From an uncultured bacterium (GTDB lineage: Bacteria; Zixibacteria; MSB-5A5; UBA10806): a DNA stretch of 64,000 nucleotides. Within the stretch, counting starts at the first letter, position 1, and every line of letters starts with the position of its first letter. The stretch covers positions 32,001 to 96,000 of the forward strand of contig CBEUCH010000011.1 of assembly GCA_965541585.1 (NCBI GenBank). The letters run 5' to 3'. The notes beneath the pieces are model-generated. The model did not search any database. It had not been told where the DNA came from and saw only the letters and a program-made list of their open reading frames with translations. The position numbers and the translations under genes are program-made. Shown here piece after piece: positions 11,001 to 19,626 of the stretch.

Positions 11001-11324
11001 TTCGAGGTGGCGAAACAGACCGATATTGATATACGCTCAACCATACCATCGGGGGAGATCGGCCTGGTGCGTGATATCAAGGATAGAGGGAGAATATCTG
11101 CGAAACTGTCATATTTCAGGGTTATTGTCGATCCCGAGGGGGCTTATATACCGTATCAGGTAGCGTCAGGAAAACGGGAGGGGGATAATCTTCTGGCCAA
11201 TGTACGTGCCAGGATGGAGCTTTATAAAAATGGCCGCCTTGATTTTTCATATCGTTACGAGAAATTAGCCAGGAGGCCGGAGAAACATAATATGAAAATA
11301 GAGATTACGATTCTGTTCCTATGA
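8049..11324 (+). CDS. Large putative outer-membrane protein with SprA-like N-terminal motifs
   Basis: ~1090 aa with signal peptide. ILPGSERVYLDG...DYIIDY.GG.V.F resembles an SprA N-terminal repeat. The C-terminal half has amphipathic beta-strand patterning. Confidence 0.55.
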   Translation: MRRWFWIIILLYAYSVAFGQPPQVTVTIYGKGIRGPYPLGYRNLITNSAVVYKDSVKLSSVNFTVRHIEGLIRFSDPVAIGDSLSVTFGYVPISLKRQYYLHEFNITERESKSADIPREPPLKYASSDLTISGSKGFSIQTGEGGGGLSQSLNLSVRGDLVPGLRTSAHIFDKTTGSSGVTRRLQELDKIYIEAESDHFKGIFGDFEHIERGDEFLSFRRKLTGLNSEYSQENYNVRGSAAFFPGEYASITINGIDGRLGPYYLPDVGGREGVIILPGSERVYLDGILQTRGSENDYIIDYKGGAVQFSPSRVIRNETRITVDYEIARQEYSRSFYAVSGEGKPSGGFRVFTRLIQEGDNKNSPKSFGMTSENRDLLEAAGDDRLEAARDGATFVGPGMGDYNLLTDSLGILYYEYAGQNLGEYDVSFSFVGKNIASYSAVGGGVFEYVGAGSGDYEPVVLLPLPQVKRYGSVGASWNLEDSAITMRAELAGSVFDKNTLSGRDNPLQGASGLVAAGYHRRLFGDGAYIGIDGRFRSIGSGSIFPGRIDLIERYRDYDLEPESQPEGEKLQEINIESGLDNFRRIKLDLGFLSRPDIENRQRQAGTIYWRFVKGVDWFARLERTRGERTWWKRSSGISANYTIIQPSLRIENESRDGDSGFKYYEYIASVPATYLENITGRTEISYRDEKYLDGDWRDKFRSGSIQQKIALLSGGSGFSGELAGSYYKKKYKDFSGTDTDQRSGWTRLSYADPAGRGDFYVSERLSSSNERLQAKNYLFAGEGRGEYRFEDGEYIRDPDGDYVLLIEELGEGIKVTEISTEINGTILPLTIFDSGRELESSIGRLVVETELTYRLKKSSDVLTGADFFPWRSDNLDETVLRKGRSDLRLYYYPRAGKQRIKYAGSRSFQDGSPYANETISERFRSDEISWAFPAGKKVNVLTSVFFSSKRNTLNGAGYSINRHRESAKADYRFRDAWTLQLGSGFEVAKQTDIDIRSTIPSGEIGLVRDIKDRGRISAKLSYFRVIVDPEGAYIPYQVASGKREGDNLLANVRARMELYKNGRLDFSYRYEKLARRPEKHNMKIEITILFL

Positions 11325-12988
11325 GAGCAAGCGTAATAATACCTGCGATAACCGTTGTCTTAGCGTCGATGGAATCTGCCGGGGCGGTCGAGATATCGGG
11401 CAATCGATTATACTCGGATAAGGAACTGACACGTCTGGTGGATTTTTCTCTTCCCGGCGATTCTCTATCCGAGAGTATTCTTGCCCTTTACGGCGACGCG
11501 GGATACTATTCGGTAAAAGTCAAAAGTATCGGAATCGATAAGAATGGGCAAAAGGCAATTCTCATAGAGGAAGGAGTGCCGTCGGTAGTGGATTCGATTT
11601 CCGTTGATGTCGTACCCGATTCTCTGAAAACCCACTTCAATAATCTGGTACTGAGCGCAAAGGGGGAGGTGGCATCCCGAGATCTCTTAGACGATTTTGC
11701 AGACCGGGCCATCTCCCGGCTGGCTGAATACGGCATGCCCTTTGCCAGTGGAGAATGGTCGGATTTTAGATTCAATGCGGCCAACAATCTTTCGGCGACA
11801 TTTAGGATCATTTCAGGCCCTCGTTGTCATATTTCGGGACTTGTATTCGATGGTATCGAGAGAACAAGACCGGAGACAATAGAGAGGGTCATAGATCTGA
11901 AAGCAGGCGGTCTATATGCGGAATCGAAGGTGCGCGATTCAGAACTACTTATAGATCAGATGCGTTATATTAATATTGCCTCGCCATTTGAGCTCGAGCC
12001 GGCATCGGGGGGTGATTCGATACGGATTATTTATCATATTAAGGAATTGCCATCGACCAGATTCGATGGTGTCGGTGGATTCGTAAACACCAAAGATAGA
12101 TCTGATTTTCTGGGACGGCTCAACCTCGAGTTCGGTGATATTCTGGGAACAGGAAGATCCTTCGGACTCCTGTGGGAGAAAAAGGACCGTTTTTCAAGCG
12201 AACTCAAGCTGGATTATCTCGAACCTTTTTTCATGGGGACCAGATTCGACGTTAAACTGGAAGTTTTCCAACTCGACAGAGATAGCCTTTACATTGAAAC
12301 CGGTGGAAGGGTCGGCCTGGTATATCGATTTGGTCGCGGCTCCAGCGCAGGCCTTCGGTTTTCGGCGAAAAGAACCGAGCCGGAACCAGGGGCAAATATA
12401 TCATCCTCAATCGGGCGTGCGGTCAAACTCGATTTCGGCTACGACCGGACGGATCGTGTCGAAAATCCGAGAGGCGGATATTTGATGAAGACCGAGGTAG
12501 ATTACCGATACAGATCCAATCGTCGCGTAATTGAGGGAGACAGTCCTCCCACCGAACTGAGCGCCGTCGGATTTGACGGTGGTTACTTTGTAAGACTTAG
12601 AGATCAGTTTGTAGTTGCTGTCAGGCTGGCTGGCTGGGGCATAGCATCGGCTGATGGAACTGTACCGATCGACGAGCTTCGATTTGTCGGCGGTTTCGAC
12701 GATCTGCGAGGATATGCCGAAGAGCAATTCCCGGCCTTCAGGTACGCCGTGGCTACAATCGAACCGCGCATAATTACAGGAAGACGAAGCCGGGCGTACG
12801 TTTTCGGGGATTTCGGCGCCATCAAAAGCTCGCAGAGTCAAAACGACGATTACAGATTCTGGCCCGGCTATGGTTTAGGACTTGTGTCACCTACCGGTAT
12901 CGGTTTATTCAAGATCGAGATCGGCTGGGGCAAAACAGGTTTTCCGTCGGAAGCGATCTTTAATTTCGGTCTGGCGGGCACGTTCTGA
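11321..12988 (+). CDS. BamA/TamA (Omp85) family outer-membrane protein with POTRA domains
   Basis: POTRA-like segments; FVGGFDDLRGY (VRGY-like loop 6 motif); GYGLG; terminal Phe. Confidence 0.85.
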   Translation: MRASVIIPAITVVLASMESAGAVEISGNRLYSDKELTRLVDFSLPGDSLSESILALYGDAGYYSVKVKSIGIDKNGQKAILIEEGVPSVVDSISVDVVPDSLKTHFNNLVLSAKGEVASRDLLDDFADRAISRLAEYGMPFASGEWSDFRFNAANNLSATFRIISGPRCHISGLVFDGIERTRPETIERVIDLKAGGLYAESKVRDSELLIDQMRYINIASPFELEPASGGDSIRIIYHIKELPSTRFDGVGGFVNTKDRSDFLGRLNLEFGDILGTGRSFGLLWEKKDRFSSELKLDYLEPFFMGTRFDVKLEVFQLDRDSLYIETGGRVGLVYRFGRGSSAGLRFSAKRTEPEPGANISSSIGRAVKLDFGYDRTDRVENPRGGYLMKTEVDYRYRSNRRVIEGDSPPTELSAVGFDGGYFVRLRDQFVVAVRLAGWGIASADGTVPIDELRFVGGFDDLRGYAEEQFPAFRYAVATIEPRIITGRRSRAYVFGDFGAIKSSQSQNDDYRFWPGYGLGLVSPTGIGLFKIEIGWGKTGFPSEAIFNFGLAGTF

Positions 12989-13830
12989 TGAGCAAAGCGA
13001 AGGCACTATTCGTCCTGAATCGCCCGCTCAATTGCCTGATCACATTTCTGGCAGTCTGGACGGCGGCCCTGGTAGCCGGGGAGGACTATATTTCATGGAG
13101 GATACTCGTGGCGTCCGTCTCCGCGAGCCTTATTGCCGGGTTCGGCAACACCGTTAACGATATATTTGACGTAAATGCCGATAAGATTAATAAGCCGTTC
13201 AGGCCTCTGGCGTCCGGTTCCCTGGGGGTTCGGGAGGCGGTGATGGCAGCAATTTCAACGGGTGTTGCCGGATTGACTCTTTCTCTGTTCGTCCATAAAT
13301 ATGCCATTCTTGTGGCCTTGCTTGCAATCGCGCTCTTAGCTCTTTACACGCCTGTTTTCAAAGGATTGTTGTTTATCGGCAATATCCTGATCGCTTTCGT
13401 CGCTGCTCTGGTGTTTATCTATGGCGGGATGGCTGTAGATAAGCCGCTCGGTGCTGTAATACTGGTGATATTTGCATTTCTATTCCACCTCGGACGTGAG
13501 ATTATCAAGGATATACAGGATATGGACGCCGATATGGCGTCCGGATATCTGCCTGAGGCGCAGAGGATTGGCAATAGGACCGCACGTGGAGCAGCAATTG
13601 CAGTTTTTACACTTCTTATTGTTTTGACCTTTGCGCCGTTTCTGGTCAATCATTATGGCTTCATTTATCTTATTGTCGTGCTGCTTGGTGCCGATTTGAT
13701 CATCATAGCCAGCATATGCACCCTTCTGCAGACGGGTAAGGCATCGACAATGCGTTTGGTGGCAGGCTGGCTCAAGGCTGCCATGCCGATGGGGCTTCTG
13801 GCAGTGTTTCTAGGCAGCCGAGGGGGGTGA
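12988..13830 (+). CDS. UbiA-family prenyltransferase, digeranylgeranylglyceryl-phosphate (DGGGP) synthase-like
   Basis: LNRPLN; NTVNDIFDVNADKINKPFRPLASG; REIIKDIQDMDAD; about 8 TM helices. Confidence 0.75.
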   Translation: MSKAKALFVLNRPLNCLITFLAVWTAALVAGEDYISWRILVASVSASLIAGFGNTVNDIFDVNADKINKPFRPLASGSLGVREAVMAAISTGVAGLTLSLFVHKYAILVALLAIALLALYTPVFKGLLFIGNILIAFVAALVFIYGGMAVDKPLGAVILVIFAFLFHLGREIIKDIQDMDADMASGYLPEAQRIGNRTARGAAIAVFTLLIVLTFAPFLVNHYGFIYLIVVLLGADLIIIASICTLLQTGKASTMRLVAGWLKAAMPMGLLAVFLGSRGG

Positions 13831-13869
13831 TGGCGAGTTAAAATCATTGTCTTCAATAATGCTGATGAC

Positions 13870-13898
13870 TTGACATGAGTATATAAGATGAATATTAT
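13870..13898 (+). promoter_or_regulatory. Sigma70-type promoter of the moxR-bat operon
   Basis: TTGACA-17 nt-TATTAT. A second, extended -10 TGGTATAAT lies at 13967-13975. Confidence 0.7.
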
Positions 13899-14016
13899 CT
13901 TGATTTCTATATTCCGGGTGGATGACGGATCGTCTTTTTGATAGAGGAACAATGATCGCCCGGATATGGTATAATCGACCAGTCAGAAAGTCGTTCCGAA
14001 AACCGGGAGGAGATTG

Positions 14017-15003
14017 ATGGATCAAGAGATTACGGAATTGCAGGAAATCATAAAACAAAAATCGGCCTTTATCGATCGTTTGACTACTGAGATCTCACGG
14101 GTCATTGTCGGGCAGAAATATCTTATCGAGCGGCTGTTGATAGGGCTGTTAGCCGATGGTCACATACTGATCGAGGGGGTGCCCGGGCTGGCGAAGACCC
14201 TCTCTGTCAAAACCCTCTCCGACGCGATCAAAACCGGCTTCCAGCGGATTCAATTCACCCCCGATCTGTTGCCGGGTGATCTTATTGGCACTCTGGTATA
14301 TTCCGCCAGGGATAATGAATTTTCTGTCAGGAAAGGCCCCATATTTTCCAATCTCATCCTGGCTGACGAAATAAACCGCGCCCCGGCCAAGGTGCAATCG
14401 GCGCTTCTGGAGGCCATGCAGGAGAGGCAGGTTACTATCGGCGACGAGACCTTCAAGCTGCCGGAACCGTTTCTGGTGCTGGCCACGCAGAATCCCATCG
14501 AGCAGGAAGGGACCTATCCGTTGCCCGAGGCGCAGGTCGACAGGTTCATGCTGAAGTTAAAAGTCACTTACCCGTCTCCCGAGGAGGAGCTGCTGATTCA
14601 GGAGAGGATGACATCGAGTGCGGAGCTTTCCGTATCGAAGATCACCAGCCCGAAGGAAATCCTGCAGGCCAGAAAGGCGATGCATCAGATATATATGGAT
14701 GACAAAGTGAAGAAATATATAGTCGACATAGTTTTTGCCAGCCGGGAGCCGAGAAGATTCGGACTCGACCTGGAGGACCTGATAAGCTACGGGGCCTCGC
14801 CCCGGGCGACAATTTATCTTCATCTGGTAGCCAAAGCCCATGCATTCCTGAAAGGCCGCGCCTATGTCACGCCGGATGATGTCAAGATAATCGGGCCGGA
14901 TGTGCTTCGACACAGGATCATCCTTTCGTATGAGGCGGAGGCCGAAGAGCTGACATCCGATGACATTGTAACCCGGATTTTTAACGGTGTGGAGGTGCCA
15001 TAG
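14017..15003 (+). CDS. moxR: MoxR-family AAA+ ATPase
   Basis: EGVPGLAKT Walker A; RIQFTPDLLP; LADEINRAPAKVQSALLEAMQE; GGAGG RBS upstream. Confidence 0.95.
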   Translation: MDQEITELQEIIKQKSAFIDRLTTEISRVIVGQKYLIERLLIGLLADGHILIEGVPGLAKTLSVKTLSDAIKTGFQRIQFTPDLLPGDLIGTLVYSARDNEFSVRKGPIFSNLILADEINRAPAKVQSALLEAMQERQVTIGDETFKLPEPFLVLATQNPIEQEGTYPLPEAQVDRFMLKLKVTYPSPEEELLIQERMTSSAELSVSKITSPKEILQARKAMHQIYMDDKVKKYIVDIVFASREPRRFGLDLEDLISYGASPRATIYLHLVAKAHAFLKGRAYVTPDDVKIIGPDVLRHRIILSYEAEAEELTSDDIVTRIFNGVEVP

Positions 15004-15903
15004 TTGGTTCAGGATGGTTCCCGACTTCCTCGTGAAATACTGAAGAAAGTCAGGCGAATAGAAATTCGCACTTCCCGGATGGTTAACGAAGTTTTCTCCG
15101 GGGAATATCATTCGATTTTCAAAGGGCTGGGGATGGAGTTCTCCGAAGTTCGGGAGTACCAGCCGGGGGATGATATCCGCAATATCGATTGGAACGTTAC
15201 CGCTCGCTTCGGCCATCCATTTCTGAAAATCTACCGGGAAGAGAGAGAACTGGTAGTCATGCTGGTGGTCGATCTCTCCGGTTCACAAAGATTCGGCACC
15301 GGCCAGCGGTTTAAAACCGAAACGGCAGCAGAGATTACAGCCATACTATCCCTGGCGGCTATAAAGAATAACGATAAGGTGGGTCTTCTGGCCTTTACCG
15401 ACCAGATCGAAAAATATATTCCGCCGAAAAAAGGAAGAAACCATGTCCTCAGACTTATAAGAGAGATTCTCTATTTTAGCCCCAGAGGACGAGGGACGGA
15501 TACGGCCTCCGCACTCGAATATCTCCTGGGTGTAATCAAGAAAAAATGCGTAATATTTTTAATTTCCGATTTTCTGGATTCCGGTTATCATAAACCGCTC
15601 GCTGTGGCCGCAAGAAAGCATGATTTGATCGCCTTAAAGCTGAGCGATCCGCTGGAGATGGCGTTTCCCAAAGCCGGGCTTTTGAGACTGCATGATCTGG
15701 AAACCGGCGGGGAACGAATCGTTGATACATCGAGCGGCAAATTCCGGGGAAACTTCAAAAGAAGAATACGTCTGAAAAATGAAGATTTTGACAGAACCAT
15801 GTCCCGGATGGGGATCGATAAGGTCTATATTCCTGCGGGCGGGGATTATTCGGCACCATTGTTCAGGTTTTTCGAAATGAGAGCCAGAAGAATAAGACGA
15901 TAG
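15004..15903 (+). CDS. DUF58 domain protein (MoxR partner)
   Basis: GMEFSEVREYQPGDDIRNIDWNVTAR; FLISDF. Confidence 0.92.
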   Translation: MVQDGSRLPREILKKVRRIEIRTSRMVNEVFSGEYHSIFKGLGMEFSEVREYQPGDDIRNIDWNVTARFGHPFLKIYREERELVVMLVVDLSGSQRFGTGQRFKTETAAEITAILSLAAIKNNDKVGLLAFTDQIEKYIPPKKGRNHVLRLIREILYFSPRGRGTDTASALEYLLGVIKKKCVIFLISDFLDSGYHKPLAVAARKHDLIALKLSDPLEMAFPKAGLLRLHDLETGGERIVDTSSGKFRGNFKRRIRLKNEDFDRTMSRMGIDKVYIPAGGDYSAPLFRFFEMRARRIRR

Positions 15904-15905
15904 AA

Positions 15906-16913
15906 TTGGTGACCAGGCTTTATTCAATGATTTCGTTCAAGAGATCCCATGGTTGGTCTTTAAAAGCCGTAAAGATCCTGGCGATGACTTTTGGTTTGTT
16001 TGCAGGGATGTACGATCCGGCAGCGGGGCAGAAGTTCAGCGTCAACGTCAGCGTTTTTCCCGAAAGCCTGACTGTGGGTGATAAGTTTCTTTATGTAAAC
16101 AAGATTGATATTCAGGATGGTTACGCAGTCGAGCCTCTGCCGCTGACCGATAAAATGGGCGATGCTTTTGTCCTTTCAGATATATATAAACTCGAAGAAT
16201 CCAGCGACGGCACTGTCTCATTCGCCTGCACTCTGGCCGTTTATAAGCCCGGCGAGATAGAACTTCCTGCTTTCACTTTTGTAGCGACGGATACCGCGGG
16301 ATCATCGGAGGAGTTTGGCGGCAAGATTGCCAGAGTATCAATTCAGAGCGTTCTCCCTGCCGATACCACCGGGTTGGAAATAGCTGATATCAAAGAGCCA
16401 CAAAAGTTGACCGGCCCGATCTGGCCTTATTTTCTTATACCTCTGGCCCTGGCTATATTGATATATGGTATGATTCTGCTAAGGCGACGTTTAGGCGGTA
16501 AAGCTGAGCTTCCGATGGCGCCTCCCCGGCCGCCATGGGAAATCGCTTTTGAAAAACTGGATTCATTAAAAGCCAGCCGGCATCTGGAGTTCGGCCGCTT
16601 CAAGCTGTATTATTTTGAATTATCCATGATTATTCGCGGTTATATCGAGGGACGATACGATTTCCCCGCGCTTGAGAGCACAACTTACGAACTCGAAAAT
16701 GAAGATAGATTAAGGCCTGTGGATGATAAGTTATACAAGAGATTATTCGAATTCTTCTATGGCGCGGATATGGCGAAATTCGCTAAAGCTGTTCCCACCC
16801 GGGCGGAAGCTGAATCGGACCTTTCGTTCAGTTATGAGTTTGTGAGGGAGACCATTCCTGTAATCGAAGAAACGGTATCCGAGAAACCCGAATTAGCAGA
16901 GGTGGTGGAATAG
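15906..16913 (+). CDS. Bat-operon single-pass membrane protein
   Basis: Position between DUF58 and batA; Ig-like N-terminus, TM helix, PPWEIA...ALESTT...ADMAKFAK. Start codon uncertain. Confidence 0.7.
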   Translation: MVTRLYSMISFKRSHGWSLKAVKILAMTFGLFAGMYDPAAGQKFSVNVSVFPESLTVGDKFLYVNKIDIQDGYAVEPLPLTDKMGDAFVLSDIYKLEESSDGTVSFACTLAVYKPGEIELPAFTFVATDTAGSSEEFGGKIARVSIQSVLPADTTGLEIADIKEPQKLTGPIWPYFLIPLALAILIYGMILLRRRLGGKAELPMAPPRPPWEIAFEKLDSLKASRHLEFGRFKLYYFELSMIIRGYIEGRYDFPALESTTYELENEDRLRPVDDKLYKRLFEFFYGADMAKFAKAVPTRAEAESDLSFSYEFVRETIPVIEETVSEKPELAEVVE

Positions 16914-16914
16914 A

Positions 16915-17907
16915 ATGTTTCGGTTTAAAGATCCATTATGGCTTTTGCTTTTGATAGTCCCGGCGATGTATGTATACATTCGCTATTTTACCAGGTATCT
17001 GAAACCGCCGTCGATGCCATATTCTGACCTCAGTATGATCGACGGGATAGGATCATCATGGCGCACTTATCTCGTTTCCGCTATGCCCGTTTTGAAAGCT
17101 ATCGGTCTTTCAGTATTGATCCTGGCGCTGGGTCGGCCCCAGTCGGGCTACGGAGATACCAAGCAGACGGTTGAGGGTGTCGATATCATGCTGGCCCTGG
17201 ATATTTCCGGCAGCATGAAAGCCATCGATTTTAAGCCGAGAAACCGCCTTCACGTCGCCAAGGAAGTTATCCGCAAATTCATCGATGACCGTGAGGCGGA
17301 CAGGCTGGGGCTCGTGGTTTTCGCCCGCAGGAGCTTTACCCAGTGCCCATTAACCACTGATTATGACCTTCTCAAAAGCCTCCTGCAGCGAGTCGACTTC
17401 GGAATGGTCGAAGATAAAACAGCCATCGGATTGGCCCTGGCAAACGCGGCCAACAGGTTGAGAGATTCAGAGGCCAAATCGAAAATTATTATTCTCCTTA
17501 CCGATGGTGTTAATAACGTGGATGATCTTGCTCCCATAGATGCCGCCCGGGCCGCAGGCGCACTGGGGATAAAAATCTACACCATCGGTGCCGGCAGACA
17601 GGGTATGGTGGATATGCCGGTGGAAACACGATTTGGTATCCGTTATCAAAAAGTACAGTCTGAAATAGACGAAGAAGTGCTCAAGGAGATATCTTCAATT
17701 ACCGGAGGGAAGTTTTATCGCGCCAAGGATGAGTCTACTCTGCAACAGATTTACGAGCAGATTTCCAGACTGGAAAAAACGAAGATCGAGCTGCACAGAT
17801 TTTATCGTTACAATGAACTCTTCATGCAGTTTCTGATGGTCGGTCTGTCGGTCCTGATGGGCGAATTTCTGCTTTCCAGGACGATTCTGGGAGGGACGCC
17901 GCTGTGA
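16915..17907 (+). CDS. batA: VWA domain protein BatA
   Basis: N-terminal FKDPLWL TM; LALGRPQ; MIDAS DISGSM; LLTDG. Confidence 0.88.
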   Translation: MFRFKDPLWLLLLIVPAMYVYIRYFTRYLKPPSMPYSDLSMIDGIGSSWRTYLVSAMPVLKAIGLSVLILALGRPQSGYGDTKQTVEGVDIMLALDISGSMKAIDFKPRNRLHVAKEVIRKFIDDREADRLGLVVFARRSFTQCPLTTDYDLLKSLLQRVDFGMVEDKTAIGLALANAANRLRDSEAKSKIIILLTDGVNNVDDLAPIDAARAAGALGIKIYTIGAGRQGMVDMPVETRFGIRYQKVQSEIDEEVLKEISSITGGKFYRAKDESTLQQIYEQISRLEKTKIELHRFYRYNELFMQFLMVGLSVLMGEFLLSRTILGGTPL

Positions 17908-18908
17908 GATTCTACGATCCCGAATACCTCTGGTTCTTCATGGCTATTCCATTGGTCATAGTCCTGTTGGTTTTTTTAGCAAGGTTTCGTAGAAAGACAG
18001 TGGGGAAAGTAGGAGTGGCAGAGACAGTCGGCAGGCTTCTCGGGAGCATAAACCGTCAGGCCGGTAATATCTCTATGCTAATGTTCTTTTTGGGCGTTAT
18101 CATTATAATCGGCGCACTGGCCCGGCCCCAGTATCCCGGCGGGGTGGAAAAAGTGGAAACCAGAGGCGGAAAGATAGTTATCGCCCTGGACGTTTCCCTG
18201 TCGATGCTGGCCTCCGATTTTCAACCCAACCGATTGGAGAAGGCTAAAAGAGAAATCATCGGTTTAATCGAGAGGCTGCAGGCGCAGACCATTGGCCTTG
18301 TGGTTTTCGCCGGTGAAGCATTCGTTCAGTGTCCACCGACGGTAGATTACTCGGCGTTCAGGCTTTTTCTCGATGTTGCCGAGGTCGGTATAATATCGGA
18401 TACCGGAACGAACTTAGCAGATGCGATCGAAGAATCCAAAAGACTGCTTGACGACGGCTCACCCGTGGACAAGGCAGTAGTCATCTTCACTGATGGCGAA
18501 TCTTTCGAGGGCGATGCCAGAAAAGCGGCGTCCGAGGCGGCTAAAAAGGATATCAGGATCTTTGCCGTTGGAGTCGGATCAGCAGCAGGCCGTCCGATAC
18601 CAGTTGATGAACGAAAAGGGGCGGCTTTGAAAAAGGATCAAGAGGGGGAAATAGTCATCTCTCGTCTGAACGTCGAGGAACTCACCGCTATCGCCAGGGA
18701 TGGCGACGGCAAATTCTTCAGGGCTACCCCGGGAGAGGCGGAGTTGGATGATATCTATGCCGATATTAAAGGCTTGAAGGGCGAAGAGAAGGAAACGAAG
18801 TATCGGATCCTATATGATGAAAAATACAGATGGCTGCTATTACCGGGGATTGCCTTTCTCTCGGCCGCATGTTTTATTCCACAGAGGAGGCAGAGCGAGC
18901 ATGAATAA
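17904..18908 (+). CDS. batB: VWA domain protein BatB
   Basis: ALARPQ; DVSLSM; FTDGE; follows batA with overlap. Confidence 0.85.
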   Translation: MRFYDPEYLWFFMAIPLVIVLLVFLARFRRKTVGKVGVAETVGRLLGSINRQAGNISMLMFFLGVIIIIGALARPQYPGGVEKVETRGGKIVIALDVSLSMLASDFQPNRLEKAKREIIGLIERLQAQTIGLVVFAGEAFVQCPPTVDYSAFRLFLDVAEVGIISDTGTNLADAIEESKRLLDDGSPVDKAVVIFTDGESFEGDARKAASEAAKKDIRIFAVGVGSAAGRPIPVDERKGAALKKDQEGEIVISRLNVEELTAIARDGDGKFFRATPGEAELDDIYADIKGLKGEEKETKYRILYDEKYRWLLLPGIAFLSAACFIPQRRQSEHE

Positions 18909-19626
18909 TAAGGTGATATCCTTTTTCATAGTGATGTTTTTTGCCGCTACTGCATCGGGGGACGAGTATCGAAGTAAAGTTAACGAAGGTTACGAATATT
19001 ACAGAAACGGCGAATACGATAAGGCGACGGAGAATTACCGTCAGGCGGGCATCATAAAGCCAGACAAGGCCCTTCCCAATTTCGGGAGAGGGGCCGCCCT
19101 GTATAGATCAAATGATTTCGAGGGCGCAAATAAAGAATACAGCACGGCTGTCGATAAGGGCGACCACACGATCAAAGCCGATGCACAATATAATATCGGA
19201 AATGCCTTTTACAGGACGGATAATTACGGCGATGCCATCAAGTCGTATATCAATGCATTGAAGATCGACCCGGATGATGAGGATTATAAACATAATCTTG
19301 AAATGGCCTTATTAAAACAGCAACTACAAGAACAGCAGGAACAGCAGCAAAGCCAGGACGAAAACCAGGATCAGGAAAAACAGGAACAGGATAAGCAGGA
19401 TAAGAAAGAAGAGGATCAAGAGGAGCAGGATCAAGAACTGCAGGAACAGCAGCAGAATCAGGAGCAGGCAGATTCCGAGAAGAAGCAACAGCAGTCTATG
19501 GGTGAGCAAAAAATGAGCGAGGAAGACGCTAAAAACCTGCTGTCGAGATTCGAAGAGGACGAGAAGGAGATTCAGAAACGATTAAAGCAGGTCAATATCG
19601 GGAGAAGCTCAGGGCGTGATTGGTAG
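18901..19626 (+). CDS. batC: TPR protein BatC with Gln/Glu-rich linker
   Basis: ATG at 18901 gives a signal peptide; TPRs (YNIGNAFY); Q/E-rich tail; ends in RDW. Confidence 0.85.
   Translation: MNNKVISFFIVMFFAATASGDEYRSKVNEGYEYYRNGEYDKATENYRQAGIIKPDKALPNFGRGAALYRSNDFEGANKEYSTAVDKGDHTIKADAQYNIGNAFYRTDNYGDAIKSYINALKIDPDDEDYKHNLEMALLKQQLQEQQEQQQSQDENQDQEKQEQDKQDKKEEDQEEQDQELQEQQQNQEQADSEKKQQQSMGEQKMSEEDAKNLLSRFEEDEKEIQKRLKQVNIGRSSGRDW
19310..19500 (+). repeat. Low-complexity CAG/GAA-rich tract encoding the BatC Q/E/D/K linker
   Basis: Degenerate caggaacag/caggat repeats; translates as QQLQEQQEQQQSQDENQDQEKQEQ... Confidence 0.7.

Noticed and set aside
15001..15006. moxR TAG immediately followed in frame by DUF58 (possible amber/pyrrolysine readthrough fusion)
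   Set aside because: A GGAGGTG SD sits 6 nt before the TTG, both proteins are full length, and no pyl genes are in the window; reinitiation explains it.
19324..19509. Leu-rich hydrophobic minus-strand ORF
   Set aside because: Antisense of the Q/E-rich BatC linker.
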